Shown here: positions 21,213-30,241 of the stretch, one piece after another
Position numbering within the stretch: the first letter of the stretch is position 1
How the letters are laid out: each line of letters opens with the position of its first letter
Source: a virus
IMG/VR virus record: IMGVR_UViG_3300032163_000004
Coordinates: 38,211-102,210 of that record
DNA: 64,000 nt
Direction: 5' to 3' (one strand)
The notes under the pieces: model-generated
Told to the model about the DNA's origin: nothing
What the model saw: only the letters and a program-made list of their open reading frames with translations
Databases searched by the model: none
Translations under genes and position numbers: made by a program

Positions 21213-23004
21213 GTGGGTCTTATAAAGGATGAGAATGATGCAGAATGGACTACTTTAACACACAGTGATCGACATCACGTTTGGGATTACTGTAAGCCAG
21301 GTAGGATGGCTGAGACTTGCAGGTATCTACTTATGGGACCTAAAGGATGGGAGTGTGGTAAGACTGATCCTTCTATGAAAATACTTATTGATAGCAGGGT
21401 CGAAAGTATGAATGCTCAAGGAGATAACTGCGAGGGTAAGTAGTTTGTCAAAAAAAGGAGGATGAACTAAATGACAATACAACATAAAAAAGAATTTGGT
21501 ATTTACCATTGGGATACTTTCGACAATGAAACGATCCTTATAGATGAAGCAGACACAATAAAACAAGCAGTCAAAAAAGTAGAAAAGCGCTACGGAGACA
21601 GAATCAGAAGTGATGGAGCAGATCAAGTTGATATAGTTGATTCTAAAGGAAACATTAAAAAGAAATTTAACGTTGGGTAAGAGAGAAAGAAAGGTAGGTC
21701 GGGACTTATTAGAGGAGTCTAAGGACAGCTAAACCCCCACAGCTAAACCTAACCGACCTACTCCAATTTAAGGAGGCAATAAAAATGAAAAAGATACCCG
21801 TTCTACTTCAACTTTTATCTTTACTTCTCAATGGTACGTTTTGGATATTTTTATCTGGGATTTCTTGTCTAATCGCTTTTGGAACTGTTAGTATAACATA
21901 TTGTTATGGTAAACCATACACTATTGGAATGGCGTTTTACTACACACCTTATTGGGCTTGGATTCTTTTCGCAATAGGATTTATCTTATCTATTTATATT
22001 TTCTTTACTGAATGAAGAATGAGAAGAAAGGAGAACAGATGAAATGCCCAGATTGTGGAGGAGAACTAAAGACTGATCAAAAATTTGGTCAAGGTGTTTG
22101 GAGATGTACTAAATGTGGTTGGTCTTGGTTCATCTTAAAATTGAGAAAGAAAGGAGAAATTCAACCATGGAAAAAGCACTAGATGTCCTTACTTTAAAGA
22201 ATTTACTAAATGAAGCTGTATATTATTTAAAAGTTCGTTGTGATGTTCCAGAAGACCTAATAAGGAGAATAGATAAAGAAATTAAAAAGGAAGTTCAAGA
22301 ACTATATCTTTGGACAAAAGAGTGGCCAAACGAACCAGGAGAATATTGGTTTTATGGTCGTAGGTTCAAACCTCTAGACGAATCAGATAGGAAATTAGAG
22401 TTAAGCTTTGTGGAAGTAAGAAATACTGCTGTTAAAGGTGTCTTAATGTATGTAGCTCGAGGACACTTTCTTTATAAGGAAGAGGGTGCAGATGGTTGGT
22501 GGTTAAAAGCTAATATTCCAGTTCTCCCATCAGAATAGGAAAGGAGAAGTTAATGACGTCACTTACAGAACTTCAAAAATTATTTAAGAAGTATAGTATT
22601 ACTGCGAAGAAGCATGAGGGAGACGATTCATATAGTTGGGCTATCTTTCATAAAGGACAACCAGTAGTATCAGGTTTAAGTAGGCCAGAAGTTGCTTATT
22701 ACAAAAATCAAGTTCTACAATCTTTAAAAAGAAAGGAGGAAAGAAAATGAAGAAGATTGTATTGTTAGTTACTTTATTGTTTATGCTCTTAACAACATCT
22801 ACCTGTTGCGATTATGAAAGAAAAGAAGTTCTTGGAGACCCAAGATTCACTAAAGTTGAAGAATTTCTTTTCTGCCAACCAGGAAAGTATGACAAGATAT
22901 ACGGGACAATATATGAAGACAAAACAACGGGAGTTAAGTATCTCTATATCTGGGCAGGAAGCGGTAGTGGAGGTCCTGCACTAACTAGGTATTGGGATAA
23001 GTAA
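21213..23004 (+). other. small hypothetical ORFs (21213-21443, 21471-21680, 21785-22015 membrane, 22113-22538, 22553-22750, 22747-23004 lipoprotein-like)
   Basis: Co-oriented ORFs with RBS. Confidence 0.6.
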
Positions 23005-23019
23005 CGTCGAAAAAACATT

Positions 23020-23065
23020 ATTGGGAAAGAACTTTAGTATATAGCTCCTTCCCAATTTTTTTTGT
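23020..23065 (+). terminator. terminator ending island 4
   Basis: ATTGGGAA...TTCCCAAT + T-run; same stem as 12639. Confidence 0.7.
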
Positions 23066-23069
23066 CTTT

Positions 23070-24527
23070 TTAGATTATTTTTATCCGCACTATTTCTGCA
23101 TTATAATATGACACAAATCTAAAGAAGTTTTGACCAATCCATTTCTTAACTATTGGAGCACCATCAATAATCTTAGTTCCATTTTTGCCTGCAGTTTTAA
23201 CCCAAACTGTAAATATAGGACATGATATCCACCATTCTCTAAACTCACTTTCGTTTTCCATTTTTGCTTTCTTTATTAACCTGTTTGCTAAGGATATCTA
23301 TAAATGCCCAGTTAATCAATAGCTCTTCTTTTTCTTTTCTAGTCATATTCTTATTAGCATATTCTACAAAAAAGCGGACGGCAAGGTTACTCATTTCTAT
23401 ATCTAACTTAGCATATTTTTCTACAGATTCCTTTAGTATCTTTATGTTAAAATCTTCTTTCTTATTTGTCATTTTCTTTCTCCTTAAACTATAGTTGCTT
23501 AACACCTAGACTTTTCATACATTCAATAAATACTTTGTTATCCTCTTCATGAGTATATAAATCTTTCTTCTTTATTTCTATTGGTGTACTACTAATTAAA
23601 ATATCAAACGCGATCGGAGTCGCTTTTTCTTTTTCAACTTTTAATTCTTTCTTCCAATCTCTATAAAATTCTTTCGACTTCATACTATTATTCACTTCTA
23701 AACTTTTAACTCTTTTCACCTTCAACCTCTATTTTTTGTTCTTTAGCTAGTCGTTCTAGAAAACTTATAGAAGATTTCAGAAGATTAATTGTCCATGTGA
23801 GCTCATTACTTCCAGGTAAACCAGTTGGACCTCTACCTGGAGAGAATTGTTTATTAAATAGTTGCAAACATTCACTCTCTACTCCTACAATTTTAGGATA
23901 AATACTATCTCTAACTGCTATCACAAATTCATGGTTCGACAACATTAGTCTCTCCTCCTTTAAACTGTAGTTTTCCTTCTTTATACTCGTTATTTAATAC
24001 TGTTGTTAACCAAGTTCTACTATTGAATATTTCTCTATGAGGTTCACATCTTGGTGAACAGCCAGTAAAATTAGTAGGATCCTTCTCATCTATGTCTACC
24101 ACGCAACCACAACTAAGTTCTTTTTGCACTTGCTCAACCATCTTTTTTTCCTCCAATCTCTTTATACATTACAATTCTCCTCTTCACTAAACCATGTAAT
24201 AAATTTAGCTAAGTACTTATCTTTTAGTTTAGTAACTTGTTTTATCTTTTTATGAAATTTTAAATGATCTAACTGTTCTTTTTGAATTAGTATTTCGCAA
24301 ATCTTTAGTGTAGTATCTATTGCATTAACAGTTGAACTTTCTGGATCTTCTAAAGTATGCTTTAAACAATCTAAATGGAAAAAATAAGTAGATTCAGTAT
24401 TTCGATAGTGATCATATTGAACTGCATATAAAATGTGTATATCATTGCCTCTTTGCTCCCCACATAACATACAGTTTGGATATGGTGGATTCGAAGCTTT
24501 TCTTAAAGAAATATCATCTAATCTCAC
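23070..24527 (-). other. six small hypothetical ORFs (23070-23261, 23245-23505, 23489-23725, 23706-23945, 23929-24156, 24162-24527)
   Basis: Overlapping co-oriented ORFs. Confidence 0.55.
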
Positions 24528-25240
24528 GTTCGTTCTACCTCCTGCTTTATATCTTCAGAACACGTTGGAGTTTTTCCTAACCTGACGTCAGCTAATTTCC
24601 AAGAGTAATCATATAAGTGCAATCCTTTTGAAGCAACAACCATTTCTCCATCTTCTACTCCTATAGATTGCGACATATATTCTTTCATAAGTTGAATAGC
24701 AGCTAAATTAGAAGGGAATCCAGCCCAAAGATCCCAGCTACGAAAATAAACGAAGAAATGTAGTCCGCCATCTTGAATTCTAGTATCGATACTTCGCAAA
24801 CATGGAGGATCTTTCATAAATAAATGGTCTCTATAATCACCTACAATTATATGCTCTTGATTAGTTCTATAACCACCAGTATTTTGATATACATCTTTAT
24901 ATCTTTCTATTATCTTTTCCATTTGAGGTTTAATATAAATTCCATACGTATAATCTTCATTCGGTTTCTTAATATCTTCCATTAAATAAGGGAGATATTC
25001 TCTTTCTACGTAGTTCATATCTGTAGGGTTTGGGATTCCATAATGAGGAGGTATATCAGGAATTAGTGGTCTATCCCCCGGATAACTAATATGAATAGTA
25101 ACATAATCTAGTTCTTTTCGTCTTTGCCCAGCGTAACTTCCATAGTTTATCTTAAATTCTTCACCATATTCAACTACTGAGTAAACAGCCTGAAACCAAG
25201 CATCACTTAAACTAGTAGCTTCTATAGTAACGATTTTCAT
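24524..25240 (-). CDS. thyA: thymidylate synthase family protein (archaeal/deltaproteobacterial-type ThyA)
   Basis: YTYG, DPPCL catalytic Cys, FRSWDLWAGFPSN, LHLY motifs. Confidence 0.88.
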   Translation of the reverse strand: MKIVTIEATSLSDAWFQAVYSVVEYGEEFKINYGSYAGQRRKELDYVTIHISYPGDRPLIPDIPPHYGIPNPTDMNYVEREYLPYLMEDIKKPNEDYTYGIYIKPQMEKIIERYKDVYQNTGGYRTNQEHIIVGDYRDHLFMKDPPCLRSIDTRIQDGGLHFFVYFRSWDLWAGFPSNLAAIQLMKEYMSQSIGVEDGEMVVASKGLHLYDYSWKLADVRLGKTPTCSEDIKQEVERT

Positions 25241-25259
25241 TACTTGTCCTTTCCTTTCA

Positions 25260-26047
25260 CTATTCTAAAAATCTAAGAACGCTTAAACTTAACTCACTTG
25301 ACATAACAATTACTTTTGAATCACTTTCCAAAGCTCTTTTAAATTTTTCTATCAATTGTGAAGCTTCTCCACCTTTAAGAAAACCTCTAGGAACATGTAT
25401 AACTAAAATATCTTTATCATGTATTTCTAAATTTAGTTCTTTTGTTTCTTGTTCTTGTCCGTTTTCAATTCTTAGTGTTACTTGCATTTCATTTCTCCTC
25501 TATTCTAACTACTCGTACTTTTCTTTATACTTAGCTCACCCTACTAAGTCTTTCTTATGAGTTCTCATCAGTTTGTGCCATACTCTTGTACCTGCTTGAC
25601 TAACTTCTCTTAAAGCATCGGTTAGTTTATCTTGTTGATTAAACATCGCCCACTCATCAACATTATCAACTAGTGTCTTACATTTTAGTTTTAAATCTTT
25701 AACAAGTTCTTCCATTAATCTCCTCCTCCACAACTACCAGAATCAGAACTATCTGAACTACTTAAATCAGGGCTGCTATCTTCAGTTGGACTATCGAAGG
25801 AACTAGAAGAGCCTGCTCCTCCAAAATCTCCACCTCCTGGATTAAGTTCTTGGGAAGGTTCAGAAACTATTGGGTCATCTTGAACTGGAGAGTTTAGTAA
25901 CTCAGATACTATAGCAACTCCAACTACTACATCAACAAGATCAACTCCACTATCTACTTTATTACAACCACAACCTTGCTTTTCTTTCTTATTTTTAGAT
26001 TCTTCTTTCAATTCTTTCGACTTGTCCTTTTTCTTGAATATCCACAT
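25260..26047 (-). other. hypothetical ORFs 25260-25487, 25536-25733, 25715-26047 (Gly/Ser/Asp-rich tail)
   Basis: ORFs with RBS; GGGDFGGAGSS tail. Confidence 0.6.
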
Positions 26048-26246
26048 TGTAATTCTCCTTTCTTATTTCTATTGATTCACTTTCTACAATAATATTCATT
26101 GCTTCAATAAGTACTTTCCTACAGTTTTCGAAATCACTATAAGCGTAACCAGTGTAACCAGTTACTCCACTATAACCGGTAAGACCAATGTAACCAGTTG
26201 GTCCAGAACTACTAAAACTCACACCTATCCAAGAACTACTGTCCAT
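25995..26246 (-). CDS. small protein with mini collagen-like G-X-Y run
   Basis: GPTGYIGLTGYSGVTGYTGY; start ATG 26246 after GAGG. Confidence 0.55.
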   Translation of the reverse strand: MDSSSWIGVSFSSSGPTGYIGLTGYSGVTGYTGYAYSDFENCRKVLIEAMNIIVESESIEIRKENYNVDIQEKGQVERIERRI

Positions 26247-27297
26247 TACTATGTATTTCCTCTTGTATATATTTTCTCCATTGTCGTTTAGACGACGCAC
26301 TATTCATACTTAACAAGTACTTATTTACTTTAGATAGTATCGGGTAATGGACTGCAGTAGACATTTTTGAAACTATATCATCAACACCGTTTGCATCTGC
26401 TTTAGAAAAAGAAGAAGTCCACCTAACTTCTTTTGAGACAACTATTGGAATATTACAATTAACCATATCAGCTGCAATAACACTATAAGTTTCACTAAAG
26501 CTTACTTGCATTCCTACATCTATTTTTTTTAGAACATGTAAAAATCTCTGCTGAGGCATCCAAGGATGTTCTACAAGGTCATGTTCTACATTTGCAAATA
26601 AAGCTCTAATATTCGAAAGAACTGAATTCCCACCACTCTCTACTCTATTATAGTTAATATGAAATCTCAAATGTTTATCACTCATATCCGCAAACTTTAT
26701 TGCTGCTACTGCCTGAATCAATTGATTTTTAAATGGTCTTATTGCTCCAAAACAACCTACGTCTAATATTTGAGGATGTTTATCTTTCTTTTCTTTATAG
26801 TTTAAGTTAACAGGATAATAGTTTGGGAGTACTGAAACTTTTTGCCACATAAATCTTCCATCATAATGATCAAACCCCAATCCATTCAACAATCTTCTTA
26901 GATCAGCTCCTATCCTCGAACTGTTAGTTGCTATACTAATATCTTTCTCTCTGTACTTAAATAACCAATCTATAGCTATCCCTTCATTTGATAAGAAAGG
27001 AAACTCACTGTGAAGTCTAACAGTCCACTTTACACTTGGGTGTAACTCTTTTAGAATATCAAACTTTTCTGGTACTATCCATATTGCTTCAATAAAAACA
27101 TGAGTGGGTTTATAGTTATAAACTTCTCGATCAATACTATTGTTATCAATAACTTGAACTACTTTTGATTCAACACCTAAATCATTCAACATATCAGAAA
27201 CAAATATCGCTGAGTTTAGTAATCCTGATGGAGCATTTTCATCTCCCCATTCAGAGTAATTGAGTTGTCTTCTTTTACATATAAACAAAATTTTCAT
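26236..27297 (-). CDS. glycosyltransferase, GT-B fold (GT4-like)
   Basis: GCFGAIRPFKNQ, SFSETYSVIAAD, PIVVS. Confidence 0.8.
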   Translation of the reverse strand: MKILFICKRRQLNYSEWGDENAPSGLLNSAIFVSDMLNDLGVESKVVQVIDNNSIDREVYNYKPTHVFIEAIWIVPEKFDILKELHPSVKWTVRLHSEFPFLSNEGIAIDWLFKYREKDISIATNSSRIGADLRRLLNGLGFDHYDGRFMWQKVSVLPNYYPVNLNYKEKKDKHPQILDVGCFGAIRPFKNQLIQAVAAIKFADMSDKHLRFHINYNRVESGGNSVLSNIRALFANVEHDLVEHPWMPQQRFLHVLKKIDVGMQVSFSETYSVIAADMVNCNIPIVVSKEVRWTSSFSKADANGVDDIVSKMSTAVHYPILSKVNKYLLSMNSASSKRQWRKYIQEEIHSNGQ

Positions 27298-27475
27298 GTA
27301 ATTTTCCTCCTAATTATTTGTTACCTACTAGTCACCATCCTTCCTACATATTTCATATGAATTATTACAATCACCACAGTGAACATAAACTCCATAAATA
27401 GTACAATTTTGACTTCCACATTTTTTACAAGTTATTTCGAAGTATCCATCTAAATCCGGATTTTCTAGTCTCATT

Positions 27476-27871
27476 CTAGTCACCATCCTTCCTACATAAT
27501 TCTACACTTCCATCAATATTATTTGGATCTACCCACCCTAAGTCTTCTATAGTAGTATGTTTAAGTTCGTATTTTTCCATCACTCCTCTGAATGTCTTTG
27601 GTTCTAAATAAACTATATGTAATGGTTTCTCTGCCATAAATACCATTCCGAAATCAAAGCAAGTTCCAAAAGACCTTTGATCCCAAATGACATCAATTCT
27701 ATCTGACCATTTAATCATATCTCTATTGTATTCACATACTCCTAATTCATCTAACTGAGGGTGGTCATCAAATGCCGGAATCTTAACTTCATGTCCTTCT
27801 TTTTCTAATTCTTCTTTGTGCCTTAAAAATTTTTCTTTGTACTGTGTTGATCCTATTATAGAAACTTTCAT
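27476..27871 (-). CDS. nucleoside 2-deoxyribosyltransferase-like / Rossmannoid protein
   Basis: MKVSIIGS...IKWSD...SFGTCFDFG. Confidence 0.55.
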   Translation of the reverse strand: MKVSIIGSTQYKEKFLRHKEELEKEGHEVKIPAFDDHPQLDELGVCEYNRDMIKWSDRIDVIWDQRSFGTCFDFGMVFMAEKPLHIVYLEPKTFRGVMEKYELKHTTIEDLGWVDPNNIDGSVELCRKDGD

Positions 27872-27975
27872 TGGTTTTCTCCTTTCAATTATTTAATGTG
27901 GCTTATTCGCCCCCTGTATTCAGCCACAAGGATGCTCAAGGTCAGCCTTGACTATTAAGGGAGCCATCCTCTATG

Positions 27976-28052
27976 TGGGGTGGCCGGGCGAACTCGAATC
28001 GCCTAAGATGCGGGCCACAACCGCATGCCTCGACCACTTCGGCATCGGCCAC
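27976..28052 (-). tRNA. tRNA-His(GTG)
   Basis: Cloverleaf, loop TTGTGGC, C73 + CCA; no encoded G-1. Confidence 0.88.
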
Positions 28053-28055
28053 ACT

Positions 28056-28131
28056 TGGCTGCCAGAGAGGGATTCGAACCCCCAATCTTTCGGATTAACA
28101 ATCCGCCATTTTACCGTTAAACTATCTGGCA
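28056..28131 (-). tRNA. tRNA-Asn(GTT)
   Basis: Loop TTGTTAA, TTCGAAT, GCCA. Confidence 0.92.
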
Positions 28132-28137
28132 ATAAAT

Positions 28138-28212
28138 TGGTCGGGGAGAGAGGATTCGAACCTCCGGCCTCGTGGTCCCAGGCCACGTCGTCTACCGCTG
28201 GCTTACTCCCCG
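28138..28212 (-). tRNA. tRNA-Pro(TGG), C33
   Basis: Stem CGTGG/CCACG, loop CCTGGGA, ACCA. Confidence 0.9.
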
Positions 28213-28222
28213 TTATCTTATC

Positions 28223-28299
28223 TGGAGCCTACGGACGGATTCGAACCGCCATCTTCCTGTTTACGAAACAGGGACTTTACCAATTAAGCCTACGTAGGC
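28223..28299 (-). tRNA. tRNA-Thr(CGT)
   Basis: Loop TTCGTAA, TCCA. Confidence 0.92.
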
Positions 28300-28306
28300 A
28301 TAAATT

Positions 28307-28382
28307 TGGAGCCCTCGGTAGGAATCGAACCCACGACTTGCTGATTACAGGTCAGCTGCTCTTCCGTCTGAGCTACGAGGGC
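28307..28382 (-). tRNA. tRNA-Thr(TGT), C33
   Basis: Stem GCTGA/TCAGC, loop CCTGTAA. Confidence 0.92.
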
Positions 28383-28388
28383 ATATAT

Positions 28389-28465
28389 TGGTGCTCCCAG
28401 CGAGGCACGATCTCGCAATTTTTGGCTTGAAAGGCCAGTGTCCTAACCAATTAGACGATGGGAGC
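28389..28465 (-). tRNA. tRNA-Glu(TTC)
   Basis: Loop CTTTCAA; atypical T loop ATCGTGC. Confidence 0.88.
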
Positions 28466-28471
28466 AAATTT

Positions 28472-28557
28472 TGGTAGGGGAAGTAGGACTCGAACCTACA
28501 CGCTTTTTGAGCATCAGGGTCTAAGCCTGACAAGGCTACCAGTTACATCATTCCCCC
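28472..28557 (-). tRNA. tRNA-Leu(TAG)
   Basis: Loop CTTAGAC, long variable arm, ACCA. Confidence 0.92.
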
Positions 28558-28562
28558 AAACT

Positions 28563-28636
28563 TGGAGCGGGTAGAGAGAATCGAACTCTCATCGTAGGTG
28601 TGGAAGACCTCAACTCTACCACTAAGCTATACCCGC
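28563..28636 (-). tRNA. tRNA-Gly(TCC)
   Basis: GCGGGTA acceptor, loop CTTCCAC, TCCA. Confidence 0.92.
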
Positions 28637-29236
28637 ACTATTTACTACCTCTTGAATATCTTCTTTTACCTGTTCTTTTGATGGAAACTTCTGAAATATA
28701 GTATATCTTAAGAACCTCCATCCTTGTTCTTCTATTTCTTGTTGTCTTTTATTATGATAATCAATATTATGTTGACAATCAAAATGATAGTAACCATCAA
28801 ATTCTATAGCTATTTTGTGATCTACAATAGCAATATCTACACAATAATTTAAGATTTTATATGTGTCTCTAGAAGTTGGAAATAATTCTTCAACTATTTT
28901 TCTAAGTTTAAGTTCTTCTTCTGATGGACTTTTAATAAATTTCTGAGCGTGTGCAGCTCCTCCATTTATCATTCTTAACCTCTGCTTATTTTTAAAAGAG
29001 TCAGTATGATGTTTTCCATAGAAAGGACTATTTTCACCAGTAAATTTTCCTCTTAAAGTTTCTCTGATTTTCTCTCTTATCTCAATTCTATACATCGCAT
29101 TTACACATCTACCTTTTAAAGATTCGCTATTTTTCTTAGCTACTCCTGGACAACAAACATAGTACTTAATACAACACCACTTCCCATTCTTAAATTGGTG
29201 CTTTGCTTCTTGACCACAACCATATTCACATATCAT
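28622..29236 (-). CDS. homing-endonuclease-like protein (CxYGCG Zn module + NUMOD3-like + Vsr/DUF559-like nuclease)
   Basis: MICEYGCGQEA..QFKNGKWCC; FYGKHHT; VDIA...IAIEFDGYYH...GWRFLR. Confidence 0.8.
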   Translation of the reverse strand: MICEYGCGQEAKHQFKNGKWCCIKYYVCCPGVAKKNSESLKGRCVNAMYRIEIREKIRETLRGKFTGENSPFYGKHHTDSFKNKQRLRMINGGAAHAQKFIKSPSEEELKLRKIVEELFPTSRDTYKILNYCVDIAIVDHKIAIEFDGYYHFDCQHNIDYHNKRQQEIEEQGWRFLRYTIFQKFPSKEQVKEDIQEVVNSAGIA

Positions 29237-29258
29237 ATTAAATCCTTATTATTAAAAT

Positions 29259-29335
29259 TGGTGGGCTAGATCAGATTCGAACTGATACTTTGCGGATTTT
29301 AAGTCCGCTGACTCTACCTGTTGGCCTACTAGCCC
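29259..29335 (-). tRNA. tRNA-Leu(TAA), short variable loop
   Basis: Loop CTTAAAA, ACCA. Confidence 0.9.
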
Positions 29336-29411
29336 TGGTAGGAAGGATAGGAATCGAACCTATGACATTTGGCTTGTAGGGCCAACGCTCTCCCAATTGA
29401 GCTACCCTCCC
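29336..29411 (-). tRNA. tRNA-Val(TAC), C33
   Basis: Stem TTGGC/GCCAA, loop CCTACAA; abuts tRNA-Leu with no spacer. Confidence 0.92.
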
Positions 29412-29579
29412 CTAATCAAAGAATCTATCCTCTGGTTTTCTCAAAAAGTTTTCTACATCTTGTTTAAAATAATCTACATCTCCATCTTTATAAATACCTA
29501 CTGTTTGTCCTTCCATAAATCTATAAAATTCTTGCAGTCTATTAATTCCAATAATCTTAATTACTTTTTGGATTCTCAC
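29412..29579 (-). CDS. small hypothetical protein between tRNAs
   Basis: GTG start after AAGGAG; 3' part of track ORF 29412..29717. Confidence 0.55.
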   Translation of the reverse strand: MRIQKVIKIIGINRLQEFYRFMEGQTVGIYKDGDVDYFKQDVENFLRKPEDRFFD

Positions 29580-29598
29580 TATCTTCTCCTTCAATATT

Positions 29599-29674
29599 TG
29601 GTAGCGGGAGAGAGATTCGAACTCTCGAATGACCGACTTATGAGGACGGCGCCTTGCCTCTTGGCTATCCCGCG
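29599..29674 (-). tRNA. tRNA-Met(CAT), initiator-like C1:U72 mismatch
   Basis: Loop CTCATAA; CGCGGGA/TCCCGCT; lacks the three G-C pairs of canonical fMet. Confidence 0.85.
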
Positions 29675-29857
29675 TTCTTATATGTCTTGTGTGGAGGCAA
29701 TTTATAACCAAACTCACCTCCTACCTGTTCTCTTGGTAAGAGTCTACGATTACAAGTTGGACACCTTACTATTTTCCTTTTATCTAAATTAGGACACCAA
29801 CTTTGATCAGGACACCATCTATAAATTCTTTTCTTTTTCATATCTTCACCCTATATT

Positions 29858-29933
29858 TGGAGTCCCTGGCGAGACTCAAACTCGCGTCGAAAGGATTAGA
29901 AGTCCTTTGCCTGATTCTCTAGGCTACAGGGAC
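29858..29933 (-). tRNA. tRNA-Arg(TCT)
   Basis: Loop CTTCTAA, TCCA. Confidence 0.9.
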
Positions 29934-29942
29934 AATTTTATC

Positions 29943-30017
29943 TGGTAGCAGGCAAGGGATTTGAACCCCTAAAGAGCGATTATAAGTCGCCTATTTTACC
30001 AATTAAATTAGCCCGCC
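29943..30017 (-). tRNA. tRNA-Ile(TAT)
   Basis: Stem GGCGA/TCGCT, loop CTTATAA, ACCA. Confidence 0.88.
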
Positions 30018-30020
30018 AAA

Positions 30021-30106
30021 TGGTGGGGAAGGGAGGAATCGAACCTCCACAGTCGAAGACACGGAGTTTACAGCCCCATAAGCTTACCACACTGCTCAAC
30101 TTCCCC
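30021..30106 (-). tRNA. tRNA-Tyr(GTA)
   Basis: Loop CTGTAAA, long variable arm, ACCA. Confidence 0.92.
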
Positions 30107-30108
30107 AA

Positions 30109-30240
30109 AGCTAACTATGAAGGGAATCCCGATTCTCCACCCTCTCAAACCTTCTGTGAGTCCAACATCTCACGTTATGGATAAGCTACCGGTTGGTTCG
30201 TGCAATTTATTGATCGTCTTCATACACCACATAGTTAGCT
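30109..30240 (-). ncRNA. candidate structured ncRNA at the head of the tRNA cluster
   Basis: Perfect 11-bp terminal inverted repeat AGCTAACTATG/CATAGTTAGCT, internal GTGAG/CTCAC hairpin, no ORF. Confidence 0.45.
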
Positions 30241-30241
30241 C

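Noticed and set aside
27948-28533. Track ORFs 27948-28430, 27971-28186, 28345-28533 (also 29397-29792 and the 5' half of 29412-29717)
   Set aside because: They overlie tRNA genes and are artefacts of GC-rich tRNA sequence.
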